From NCBI GenBank assembly GCA_951406725.2, contig OX597818.1:56792001-56856000 (forward strand): 64,000 nucleotides of DNA, read 5' to 3'. Made by a program: the position numbers and the translations under genes. The first letter of the stretch is position 1; every line of letters starts with the position of its first letter. This document shows, in pieces, positions 12,317 through 24,375 of the stretch. Origin of the DNA: Octopus vulgaris. Its lineage: Eukaryota. A model generated the notes under the pieces. It saw nothing but the letters and a program-made list of their open reading frames with translations, was not told where the DNA came from and did no database searches.

Positions 12317-13790
12317 ATTACCCCTGCCTTCGCTAAGGCAGCGGTATTGTTTTCAGTCTTGTTTGTCTGTCCGTGGACAAGGTATCTCAAGAATCGCTGG
12401 ATTGATTCAGATGAAACTTTCAGGAATGTTTGGCCTCGTGGTTCTTCTTCTTGTCTTCAAGACAGCATTCACCCGGGGTGGGTTGAGCTGGCGTCATTCA
12501 TCCTCAATGCTGCATCTCTCACAAACACCGACCCAAACCTGGCGATTTGAGGCTAACGACCGCGTGATCTCCAACCACTCCTTATTCCAGCGGCGAATGC
12601 CATAGATATGGGGGGCCTAGGTTGGGTTCCAGATCAGCCTTGACTGTCATCAGCCAGGTTTTTCATTGTCCACCACATTGCTTTCACCAAACCTGAAGGG
12701 GAGTTGGGGCAATTGCTTCGTGGGTTGGGTTCCAGATCAGCCTTGACTGTCATCAGCCAGGTTTTTCGTTGTCCACCACATCACTTTCGCCAACCCTGAG
12801 GGGCCTTGTGATTGCCACAAATTGATTAGATTTTGGGATCGGTCCAGTACTGGACAAGGATTCTGGATTATTTTCCCGTTTTTTTTTTTACTTAATTCCT
12901 GAGAGCAGTCGGGTTCATTTTTATTATTCATGTTTGTGAGAGCAGTCGAGTTTATTTCAGATATTCTCATTTTAAAAATCATCTCTGGTTAGTCATTGAG
13001 AGGACATTGGTGTTGCCTTGGCAGAGGTTTGCGCTTTCTGAGTATTCTTGTCACCTCTGCTTTAGCACAGGCAGAGGTATTGTTTGCGGTCATATTTGTT
13101 TGTTTGTCTGTCCGTAGACAAGATATCTCAAGAACCAATGGATGGATTTGGATGAAGCTTTCAGGAATGTTTGGCCTCGTGATTACCACAAATTGATTAA
13201 ATTTTGGGATTGGTTCAGTCCTGGACAAGGATTCTGGATTATTTTTCCTGTTTTTTACTTAATTTTTGAGAGCAGTCAGGTTCATTTTTATTATTCTCAT
13301 TTGTGAGAGCAGTTTTGCTTATTTCATATACTCTCATTTTAAAAATCCTCTCTGGCTAATCATTGAGAGGATGTTGGTGTTGCCTTGGCAGAGGTTTGCA
13401 CTCTCTGAATGCTCTTGTTATCTCCACCTTAATGAAGGCAGAGATATTGTTTCCAGTCATGTTCTTTTGCCTGTCTGTGCATGGACAAGATACCTCAAGA
13501 ACCGTTAGATGGATTCAGATGAAATTTTCAGGGATATTTGGCCTCTTTACTGGCACAAACTGATTAGATTTTGGGATCGATCCAGTCCCGGACAAGGATT
13601 CTGGATTATTTTTCCTGTTATTTTTCTTAATTTTTGAGAGCAGTCTGGTTCATTTTTAGTATTCTCATTTGTGAGAGCAGTTTTGCTTATTTCAGATTTA
13701 TTCATTTTAAAAATAATCTCAGGCTAATTGTTGAGAGGATGTTGGTGTTGCCTTGGCAGAGGTTTGCACTCTCTGAGTATTCTTATTATT
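12317..13790 (+). mobile_element. three tandem Helentron-associated non-autonomous elements (HINE/DINE-like, about 370 bp units)
   Basis: Each unit starts with an ACCTCTGC...GGCAGAGGT-type hairpin followed by GTTTGTCTGTC, and ends CCTTGGCAGAGGTTTGCRCTYTCTGARTRYTCTT (subterminal inverted repeat plus 3' hairpin). Units start at about 12317, 13050 and 13418. Confidence 0.75.
12441..12801 (-). mobile_element. 5'-truncated RTE-clade LINE with 9-bp TSD, inserted in HINE unit 1
   Basis: Minus strand GWRK*CGGQRKTWLMTVKADLEP...IYGIRRWNKEWLEITRSLASNRQVW; (AAG)n tail; TSD GGCCTCGTG (12432) / GGCCTTGTG (12802); the empty site is visible in unit 2 at about 13173. Confidence 0.85.
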
Positions 13791-13929
13791 ATTGCCTTAC
13801 ATCTTTTCGGGGTCGATAAAATAAGGACCAGTTGAACATTGGGATCGAGGTAATTGACTCATCCCCTTCCCCCAGTTTACTGCCCTTGAGGCAAAATTTG
13901 ACATTATTATTATTATTATTATTATTATT

Positions 13930-14362
13930 GAGTGAGAGAGCAGTGCATGCCATCAAAGTGACACTGGGGTAAAATATACGAAGCTCAGTATACCCATCAT
14001 GAGTACCCATCTGATAAGGGTACACCAGGCACATGCATCACAACCATATGTGCGCGACATGGTGATCTCATATAAAGATTAACAGCACATGACCTTGCAG
14101 GTGGGGGCCCAGTTAGAATTTTCTTCAGGTTGCGTAGCCCATCCCACTGTAAAGGCCCTTGATTAATGGTTGTTTCCAAAGGTGAATTATCCAAACCCCA
14201 AAGACTTCCTCTCAACACATAACTACGATACTTCCTCACTACTTCTGCTCGTGATCAGAGATGCACATATCGTCAGTCACTAAGGGACATGCTCAACTAG
14301 TTAAGGTCAAACAACTGACAAGCAAATCTGTGGTATTGAGCAGAATATTTGCTGTATCCCAT
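13930..14362 (-). mobile_element. non-coding retroposon abutting (TAA)n (probable Dong/R4-dependent element or LINE 3' UTR)
   Basis: Shares the end ...GCACTGCTCTCTCACTC-(AAT)n with copies at 15214-15346 (-) and 42921-43423 (+); the copies differ in length at the other end. Confidence 0.75.
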
Positions 14363-14365
14363 CTA

Positions 14366-14524
14366 TTCTTTGGCCAAGGTTTCCTTGACTTTTTCAGGTT
14401 CTACCTGAAAAGGAAACTGAGGCTGGAGAGGGGGGTACTCTCATCCAGTAAGTTTGTTGGACGGTAGGTGAATGTGGCAAGAATGTCCCATGTGAATGGG
14501 CCTAATCCAAGTGTGCACCTGTAG
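14366..14524 (+). mobile_element. probable L1/Tx1-type LINE ORF2 C-terminal fragment
   Basis: GQGFLDFFRFYLKRKLRLERGVLSSSKFVGR*VNVARM...L* resembles L1/Tx1 C-termini (ER......F..RW); assigned from recall only. Confidence 0.45.
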
Positions 14525-14846
14525 GCCGGATGGAATGAGGAGGAGAGAAGGCTGGCTTTGTGTTTCATCATTTCGAGGTTGATAAAATAAAGATCAGTTG
14601 AGCACTGCGTTGATGTAATTGCTGGCCTTGTGCCAAAATTTGAAATCATCATCATTATTATGAAGGTGGATGAAATGCTTAGCGGTATTTTGTCTAACTT
14701 TAAGTTCTGAGTTCAAATTCTGCCAAGGTCAGCCTTGCGATTCATCCCTTCAGGGTCAAAAAATTAAGTCCCAGTTGAGTACTGGAATTGATGTAATTGA
14801 CAATCCCTCTCCCTAAGTTTCAGGCCTTGTGCATATAGTAGAAAGG

Positions 14847-14885
<39 letters not shown>

Positions 14886-15179
14886 GCCTTTGCACAGCTT
14901 CTAACGCTGGAGATGTACTTCAGTGTCAGCTGTTCATTACCAGTGAACTAAGGTAACACCTCTTATTTTTCGAGCACCTTCCGGAGTATTCGACCGGTTC
15001 CAACCAGTGCTGTTTTCTGCAAGCGCTCCACCCTTATTGCAGCCCCTATTTGTTCCATGTACTTCTCGAGATTTTTACTCACTGTTCCCAGTGGCTCCGA
15101 CAATTATTGGTACCTCTACCACCTTTTTCATCGACCACAACTGCTTTACCTCCCAAGCTAACCTGTCATACCTATCGAC

Positions 15180-15181
<2 letters not shown>
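14886..15181 (-). mobile_element. R4/Dong-clade LINE 3' end (RLE domain tail) inside (TAA)n
   Basis: YDRLAWEVKQLWSMKKVVEVPIIVGA/GTVSKNLEKYMEQIGAAIRVERLQKTALVGTGRILRKVLEK* (one frameshift); (TTA)n on both flanks. Confidence 0.85.
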
Positions 15182-15213
<32 letters not shown>

Positions 15214-15344
15214 GAGTGAGAGAGCAGTGCATCTCATCAAAGTGACATTGGAGTACAATTATACAAAGCCTAATACACCCATCATTACTACCCGTCTGAT
15301 AAAGGTACACCAGGCACATGCATCACAATCATATGTGTACAACA

Positions 15345-15655
15345 TAGGGCAGAGAAGTTCATTGTATGCATTCCCAGATTACACACGCAAATTCACAGGT
15401 AAAATATGTATTTAAAAAAATTTTTAAAGTAAATAAATTCATGAATGGATGTTGTTTCCGCAGCTATAATGCTCTTCTCAGTACATGAGTCATTCCAGTT
15501 AACACGATTTTTTGCATATCCTGTAGGGATGGTAAGCCTGGTATAATTTTCAAATAGGTTTCAGTACCTTTTTTTATCATTCCTAGAGATCCTACAATTA
15601 CTGGTACTGTAGTCACCTTGAGATGCCACATTTTTTCAATTTCTATTACCCACAT
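15345..15655 (-). mobile_element. second R4/Dong-clade LINE 3' fragment
   Basis: ORF 15464..15700 ends IEIEKMWHLKVTTVPVIVGSLGMIKKG...IPGLPSLQDMQKIVLTGMTHVLRRAL*. Its 3' UTR (GTGTAATCTGGGAATGCATACAAT) recurs at 42748-42843 between TAA tracts. Confidence 0.85.
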
Positions 15656-15827
15656 AGGCGTAGGAGTGGCTGTGTGGTAAGTAGCTTGCTTACGAACCAC
15701 ATGGTTCCAGGTTCAGTCCCACTGTGTGGCACCTTGAGCAAGTGTCTTCTACTATAGCCTTGGGCCGACCAAAGCCTAGTGAGTGGATTTGGTTGACGGA
15801 AACTGAAAGAAGCCCGTCATATATATG

Positions 15828-15858
<31 letters not shown>

Positions 15859-17118
15859 ATCTGTGTTTGTCCCCCCAGCATCGCTTGACAACCGATGCTG
15901 GTGTGTTTACGTCCCCATAACTTAGCAGTTCAGCAACAGAGACTGATAGAATAAGTACTAGGCTTACAAAGAATAAGTCCTGGGGTCGATTTGCTCGACT
16001 AAAGGTGGTGCTCCAGCATGGCCACAGTCAAATGACTGAAACAAGTAAAAGAGTAAAAGCATAAAGAGTATTATTATTATTATTATTATTATTATTTGGA
16101 TACTAGACTGATTCTAATTTTTTCGAATGTTGGCACAAAGCCAGCAATTTTAACGGGAGGAGGCAAATTGATTACATCAATCCACAGCGCTTTACTGAAA
16201 CTTTTTTTTATCACCCCTAAATGGATAAAAAGCCAAGTCAACTAAGACAGGATTTGAACTCAGAATGGAACGAGCCGCAAAAATGCAGTTAGGCCTTTTT
16301 TCTGACATACCAGCGATTCTGCTAGCTTGCTCCCCTTAGCTTGGATATTAAATGACATTTGCTCGCCAGCACGAGATAAGAAATAGTCGCTGAGTCTTCA
16401 AATGATTTCAATTGCCGTTTCAAGGAAGAATTGAACGAGTGGCTGTGTGGTAAGTAGCTTGCTAACCAACCACATGGTTCCAGGTTCAGTCCAACCGCAT
16501 GGCACCTTGGGCAAGTGTCTGCTACTATAGCCTCGGGCCGACCAATGCCTTGTGAGTGGATTTGGTAGACAGAAACTGAAAGAAGCCCGTCGTATAAATG
16601 TATATATATATATGTATGTGTGTGTGTTTGTGTTTCTGTGTTTGTCCCTCTAGCATTGCTTGACAACCGATGCTGGTGTGTTTACGTCCCCGTCACTTAG
16701 CGGTTCGGCAAAAGAGACCGATAGAATAAGTACTGGGCTTACAACGAATAAGTCCCGGGGTCGATTTGCTCGACTAAAGGCGGTGCTCCAGCATGGCCGC
16801 AGTCAAATGACTGAAACAAATAAAAGAGTAAAAGAGTGTATACCAATCTTTAGAGATTTAAACAAAAATGAGAAATGAAAATTTAAAGCAAAATATTGCA
16901 TTTTTCACTACGGCAACAAGAAGGCTATATTCTTCCATGTGTCATTGAATACTATTGAAATGAGTTCACTTGGAACCACCTATCACTATATTGGTTTAAA
17001 TTTCTTTCATTCTTACTGATTTTGGCAGCGCTGTTGTGATTATCTAAACTAAATTCTCACAGCACATCATCATTGACTTCTGCTTGTTTAATACATAATG
17101 AAAGACCAAAAGCTCGGC

Positions 17119-17153
<35 letters not shown>

Positions 17154-17199
17154 CTTTTGCTGTCCAATCTCTATCCCCCCACCCCCATCCCCAGCTTGC

Positions 17200-17330
17200 T
17201 ACTTCCGTCTCCATGGTAATAGGCGGGAACCAATATCTATAGCAGTCTTTTTTATATTTCGCATAGTTGCGAACATGGTTGTCTGATTTCTATGGAAACA
17301 ACAGAAAAGTGGCAATTCGATTGACGTCAA
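17200..17330. promoter_or_regulatory. candidate cis-regulatory module
   Basis: In non-repeat DNA: ACTTCCG (ETS-like, 17201), GTCTCCATGGTAAT and ATTTCTATGGAAAC (RFX X-box-like, 17207 and 17286), GGCGGGAA (E2F-like, 17222), CCAAT (17230), TGACGTCA (CRE, 17322). Motif evidence only. Confidence 0.35.
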
Positions 17331-18174
17331 ATAGTCCCTGATGTTTAGCAACTCAATAAGAAAACCTTTAATTTTGTGCTATTTTTCTTCTCTTTTCTTT
17401 CGTTTTTCTTTCTTCTTCTTTCATCTTAACTTTCTTCTCTAGAATATTCATCCTCATATTCTTCCATTCCATTTCTCTTCTCTTCCTTCATTCCGCTCAC
17501 TATTCAAATATTGCCATTTTGTGTTCAGATATTAAAATACTTTTTTCTTCTTTTTTTTTTTTTTTTTCATATTTTACTTAAATTTTCAAACTTTCGTAAA
17601 AGCAAAAGTAAAATGCTTTTATTTCATAAATTTTAATGCTAAAAAAAAGGCAATGTTTTTTTATTCGAATACTTTTATTTTTTTTTTAATTCTTATTTTG
17701 GTTTGTCACTTGAAACTTTTTTACTGTAATTCCTCAGTCTCTGCCGTTATGCAAATAAAACATCAATTCTGTCAGTATCATTGTTAATATAAGCAGCAGC
17801 AGCAGCAGAAGTAGCAGCGATAGTAACAACAACAGTATTTACACCATTCATTCTAATTTTGGTAAAAATCTGGCAATTTTAGGGAAGGTGCTTTGTTGAT
17901 TACATTGGCAACAGAACTAAACCGGTACTTATTTTATTGGTCGTGAAAGGATGAGGGGAGGGGGGTCAGGTTGACTTTGGTGTAATTTGAGTTGAGAACG
18001 TAAAATGCCATAGGATATACCACTAAGAATTCTTCCCGGCACTTTGACAAGTCTGCTGGCTCGCCGCCTTTTATTAATAGTTGCACAATTGCAACAGTAA
18101 AGATAGCAACAGCTTGCAAGCTTAGAGATAATAGTAGTAACAATAAGTAGCAACAGCGATAACAGCAACTGCAA

Positions 18175-18545
18175 GTGGAGGTGCAATGGCCCAGTGGTTA
18201 GGGCAGCGGACTCGCGGTTGGAGGATCGCGGTTTCGATTCCCAGACTGGGCGTTCTGTGTGTTTATTGAGCGAAAAACACCTAAAGTTCCACGAGGTGCC
18301 GGCAGGGGGTGGGTGGCGACCCCCTGTTGTACTCTTTCGCTCCAACTTTCTCTCACTCTTTCTTCCTGTTTCTTGTCCCCGACTTCCTACGCAACCGCTG
18401 AGCCTGGATGCGCATTCATCCATCCGTCGATGCTCTCGGTGTTGGGGGTTGACCTGCTTTCTCTTCTGCGGGTCTTACGAATAGCAAAGGACCATGTTTT
18501 GGACTTCTCACACTAATGGGACGAAGACCGCTTCGCTCAATAAGC
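18175..18545 (+). mobile_element. SINE group B head with tail type 3
   Basis: Head matches the 731 copy up to CTTTCTCTCACTCTT, then continues into an unrelated 3' segment. Confidence 0.8.
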
Positions 18546-18867
18546 AAACAATCAGCAACAACAATAATAGCTATACGTGTAAGTGCAATTGTCAAAATAG
18601 CAACGACAATTGCAGCGATGATAGTAGCAACAAATGCAACAGCAATTGTCGAAGTACTACCATCACCATCATCATCATCATCGTCATCGTCGTCATCATT
18701 ATCATCATCACTACCACTTAGAATCTGTTTTCCATGCTGGCATGGGTTGGACAGTTTGGCAGCAGCTGGCAAGCCTGAGAACTGCGCCAGGCTCCAATTG
18801 TCTGTTTTGGCAAGGTTTTTTATGGTTGGATGCCCTTCCTAATCCCAACCGCTTTTTACAGAGTATA

Positions 18868-19620
18868 ATGGGTGCTTTTCACATGGCACCAGCATGGGTG
18901 CTTTTTATGTGGTACCAGTACATGTGGTTTTCACATGGCACCAGCATGGGTGCTTTTTATGTGGTACCAGCACGTGCTTCTCACATGGCACCAGCATGGG
19001 TGCTTTTTATGTGGTACCAGTACATGTGGTTTTCACATGGCACCAGCGTGGGTGCTTTTTATGTGGTACCAGTACATGTGCTTTTCACATGGCACCAGCA
19101 TGGGTGCTTTTTATGTGGTACCAGTACATGTGCTTCTCACATGGCACCAGGATGGGTGCTTTTTATGTGGTACCAGTACATGTGGTTTTCACATGGCACC
19201 AGCGTGGGTGCTTTTTATGTGGTACCAGTACATGTGCTTTTCACATGACACCTACATGGGTGCTTTTTATGTGGTACCAGTACATGTGCTTTTCACATGG
19301 CACCAGCATGGGTGCTTTTTATGTGGTACCAGTACATGTGCTTTTCACATGGCACCAGCATGGGTGCTTTTTATGTGGTACCAGCACATGTGGTTTTCAC
19401 ATGGCACCAGCATGGGTGCTTTTCATGTGGTACCAGCACATGTGCTTTTCACATGGCACCAGCATGGGTGCTGTTTATGTGGTACCAGCACATGTGCTTT
19501 TCACATGGCACCAGCATGGGTGCTGTTTATGTGGTACCAGCACATGTGCTTTTTATGTGGTACTAGCACAGGTGCTTTTTACGTCTCATCTACATAGATG
19601 CTTTTTAGATGGCACCAACA
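18868..19620. repeat. minisatellite (about 24-nt sub-units, about 48-nt dimer) expanded inside an RTE 3' UTR fragment
   Basis: GGGTGCTTTTTATGTGGTACCAGTACATGTGCTTTTCACATGGCACCAGCAT repeated. Preceded by the (CAT)n...TTCCATGCTGGCATGGGTTGGAC...GGATGCCCTTCCTAA RTE 3' end on the minus strand. Confidence 0.9.
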
Positions 19621-19970
19621 CCAGTGAGGTTGCCAAGTTGCTTGCGATACAAAGACCTCTCAGTCGAAAGAGGGAATTGACCTGAGAGAAGTGATCGTGT
19701 GCCAGGCGTGGGGTTAGAGTATGATAAAGGGACAGAGATAGCTGTCTTACTATAGAGAAGATACTTAGCTACTGTAATGAACAAGGAAGGATTGAAAGGT
19801 GAGAGTAAAAGAGAAAGATAGAGAGATAGTCAGAGTGAGAGAGAGAGAGAGGTTCTTGCTTTGACTGTCTCTCTATCTTTCTATCTATGGTAGAAAAAAA
19901 GACTTGGAAGCAACAGTAATGACAATAGTCGTAACTATTAGCAATGACAGTCATAGCAACAACAGCAACA

Positions 19971-20467
19971 GTGGAGGCGTAATGGCCCAGTGGTTAGGGC
20001 AGCAGAATCGCAGTCATAAGAACACAGTTTCGATCCCCAGACCAGGCATTGTGAGTGTTTATTGAGTAAAAACACCTAAGCTCCACAAGGCTCCGGCAGG
20101 GGGTAGTGGTGAACCCCCGCTGTACTCTTGCACCACAACTTTCTCTCACTCTTTCTTCATACTTCTGCCATAAAGCAGAGGAACCATGGTGTAACCCGCT
20201 ATGGCGTGGTAAACTTTCAGACCCTAGTCTAGATTGCGAATCCTCTGTACCCCCAGGATGGTTCAGCTCTCCACCCGTTAAAAGCCACCGTTTACAGAAT
20301 GAGGATAACAACGTAGCTTTCGCGCCCGTGCAACCGCCAGTCTATTACGTATGGTGGGTGGATCTTCAAGTTGCCACACGCATTCTTATTAGCTTAGAGT
20401 AGGCTCGAATTGGAGATAATTCTTTGTGGTTAATGGCGTGAGTCCTGATTGGAAGAAGAAGAAGAAC
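19971..20467 (+). mobile_element. SINE group B head with tail type 4 ending in (GAA)n
   Basis: Group B head 19971-20160, then about 290 bp found nowhere else in the window, ending in GAAGAAGAAGAAG. Confidence 0.7.
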
Positions 20468-20659
20468 AACAACAATTAATGGTTTCTGTTTCGGGTATAA
20501 CGCCTAAGGTTTTGAAGCGAGGGGGCAAGTTGATTACATTGATGCCTGTACTTGACTGGTACTTTCTTTTATCAACCACAAAAGGATAAGAGGCGAAGTT
20601 GATCTCAGTGAGATTTTGAACTTAAAAACTCAAAGAGCCAGAAGAAATGCTGCCAACAA

Positions 20660-21128
<469 letters not shown>

Positions 21129-21281
21129 TGAACGATACTAAAATTAATTGTTACAAATTTTGACACTAGTCTCACAAAGAATAAGTCCTGGGGTTGATTT
21201 GCTCGACTAAAGGCTGTGCTCCAGCATAGCCACAGTCACATGACTGAAACAAGTGAAAGAGTAAAAGAGTAAAGAGTAAGG

Positions 21282-21470
21282 TCAGTTCAGTTCTATATTT
21301 AAGGGATGAGGAATCATGTACATTATTTACATTATTTACATTATTTACATTTGACGAATATTTGTCCTCATCTTGTTTGTTGTTAACACAACGTTTCGGC
21401 TGATATACCCTCCAGCCTACATCAGGTGTCTTGTGGAAATTTCGAACCTGGGTTCTCATTCCTATGGTGT
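21282..21470 (-). mobile_element. hammerhead-bearing short element (Penelope-like or retrozyme-like), copy 1
   Basis: Reverse complement of 43440-43612; contains GACAC-CTGATGTA-GGCTG-loop-CAGCC-GAAA-CG-TT-GTGTT. Confidence 0.7.
21385..21430 (-). ncRNA. minimal type-I hammerhead ribozyme motif (one core substitution)
   Basis: Stem I GACAC/GUGUU, core CUGAUG(U)A, stem II GGCUG/CAGCC, GAAA, palindromic ACGU stem III. Confidence 0.6.
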
Positions 21471-21561
21471 GTGTATGTATATATATATATATATGTATAT
21501 ACATATATGTGTGTGTATATATGTATATGTGTGTATATATGTATGTGTGTGTATATATGTA

Positions 21562-21596
<35 letters not shown>

Positions 21597-21605
21597 GTGT
21601 GTGTT

Positions 21606-21638
<33 letters not shown>

Positions 21639-21912
21639 GTGTATATATGTATATATATATATGTATATATGTGTATATATGTATATATATATATGTATAT
21701 ATGTGTATATATGTATATATATATATGTATATATGTGTATATATGTATATATATATATGTATATATATATGTGTATATATGTATATATATGTGTGTATAT
21801 ATGTATATATATGTGTGTATATATGTATATATATGTGTGTGTATATATGTATATATATACACATATATATATAAGTATATATATATATATATACACACAC
21901 ATATATATAAGT

Positions 21913-21972
<60 letters not shown>

Positions 21973-22012
21973 TATATATATATATACATACACACATGTA
22001 TACACACACACA
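21468..22012. repeat. (TA)/(TG) compound microsatellite
   Basis: Directly visible. Confidence 0.97.
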
Positions 22013-22791
22013 CGTACCCCCCCCCCAGAATCTAAGCTTATTAGCTCAGCTCAAAAATCAGCAATCATCTGATCAATTAGGGTAATTGCAATCAAATTAG
22101 GGGTACCTTGTTTGCTACAGAGCTAATTATCGACTACCCCCTCCACACACCCGCATCACATGTGACCAGTCTCAGTTTCCATGTGAGCTCAAACATTCTT
22201 CGCACATTTCTTTGTTTGGTTTTCTTTGTATTTATTTATCTATTTTTTTACTTTTTTCTATTTTATATTTCCCATCATGCAAGGCCATTAAGTTTTGTCA
22301 TCAACTCTTATATATACATTTGTGGAAAACAATGGGGCATAAGTTGTACAGAGAATGCAACAATACACAATTCTTCCTTTGCATCTACCCCCTCTCTCTC
22401 TCTCTCTCACACTATATATCATCATCATCATCATCATCATCATTTAGCGTCCGCTTTCCATGCTAGCATGGGTTGGACGGTTCTACTGGGGTCTGTGAAG
22501 CCAGAAGGCTGCATCAGGCCCAGTCTGATCTGGTAATGTTTCTATGGCTGGATGCCCTTCCTAACGCCAACCACTCCGTGAGTGTAGTGGGTGCTTTTTA
22601 CGTGCCACTCACACAGGTGCCAGACGGAGCTGAGTAGCTGTGTGGTAAGTAGCTTGTTTACCAACCACATGGTTCCGAGTTCAGTCCCACTGTGTGGCAC
22701 CTTGGGCAAGTGTCTTCTACTATAGCCTCAGGCCGACCAAAGCCTTGTGAGTGGATTTGGTAGATGGAAACTGAAAGAAGCCCGTCGTATA

Positions 22792-22835
<44 letters not shown>

Positions 22836-23879
22836 CGTGTATGTTTGTGTGTCTGTGTTTGTCCCCCTAGCATTGCTTGACAACCGATGCTGGTGTGTTT
22901 ATGTCCCCCGTCACCTAGCGTTTCGGCAAAAGAGACCGATAGAATAAGTACTGGGCTTACAAAAGAATAAGTCCCGGGGTCGAGTTGCTCGATTAAAGGC
23001 GCTGCTCCAGCATAGCCGCAGTCAAATGACTGAAACAAAGTAAAAGAGAGTAAAGGAGCATATATATACTTACTAGCACTTGTGCTTACTGGCACTTGTG
23101 CCCATGCTAGTAGGGTGTCAAGAGCACCATCCGAGCAGGATTGTTGCCAGAGCAGCCAACAGGCTTCCATGCCGGTAGCACGTAAAAAGAGCACCATTCA
23201 GCTGTGATCATTACCAACGTCGCCTTACTGGCACCTGTGCTGGTGGCATGTGTAAAAAGATTCGAGTGAGGTCATTGCCACTACTGCCTGACTAGCCCCC
23301 ATGCCGGTGGCACATAAAAAGCACCTACTACATTCTCGGAGTAGTTGGCATTAGGAAGGGCATCCAGCTGTAGAAACTCTGTAAGAAGCTTGCTTCCCAA
23401 CCATGTCATTTCAGGTTCAGTATGGTACCTAGGACAAGTGACTTCTACTATAGCCCTAGGCTGACCAAAGCCTTGTGAGTTGATTTAGTAGATAAAAACT
23501 GAAATAAGGCTGCCCGCAAGATATATATATATATGTATTGGTCATAGTTGGAATGTATTTGATCATATCATCATCATTTAACATCTGTTTTCCATGTTGG
23601 CACGGGTTGGATGGCTTGACAAGAGCATGGCAAGGCTAGGGGCCACACTAGGGTCCATAGTCTGTTTTGGTTTGGTTTCTACAGCTGTATGCTTTTCCTC
23701 ATGCAAACCACTTTATGGTACTTTTTACATGACACCATCACCAAAGCTTTTTACATGGGCACCATCTCCAATATATTTTATATGGTACCATCACCAATGC
23801 TGTTTGCATGGCACCATCATTAGTGCTTTTTATGTGGTACCATCACCAATGCTTTTTACATGGCACCATGACCAGTACT

Positions 23880-24375
23880 TAATAATAATAATAATAATGA
23901 AATTATTGTATAGTGTTCAGGTGCACCACAACTTGTCAAAAGTGCGTATAAAGCATATGCAGTAATGTACAAATGTCTGGAAAGCGAACAGTGTATGAGT
24001 CAGATACATGCTTGTGTGTGTATGGAGGGGAGAAAATCAGGTGTAGTGTTGGCGAATCTCAGGAAGCATGGAAGTTTTGAAGGATGCAGTGATCCGACAA
24101 CTAACAACCGATGCCGGCAGTTTGTTCCATGCTTCAGCAACTCTTAGCAGGAAAAAATGTTTCCGAAAGTCATGGGAGCTGTGCTGTTTTCTGACTTTGT
24201 AAACATGTCCACGGGTGTTAGACGGGTGGAGTTTGAAAAGGTGCTCAGAGTTATTGTTTGTAAGATGGTTAATAATTTTATGGGTGTCTGCCATGTCAGC
24301 TGCCAGACGTCGGAGTTTCAATGTGTCCATGCCCAGGGAAGTAAGGCGTTCAGAGTATGGCAAATGCCTGATAGA
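23880..24375 (-). mobile_element. CR1-clade LINE 3' end nested in an older RTE remnant (about 23570-24650)
   Basis: ORF 24037..24363 YSERLTSLGMDTLKLRRLAADM..THKI...NTRGHVYKV...RKHFF..RVAEAWNKLPASVV...FK is a CR1-type C-terminus; (ATT)n tail; further pieces at 27855-28281, 28865-28940 and 42450-42565. Confidence 0.88.

Noticed and set aside
18634-19685. 200-260 aa repetitive ORFs in three frames
   Set aside because: Translation of a minisatellite derived from an RTE 3' UTR.
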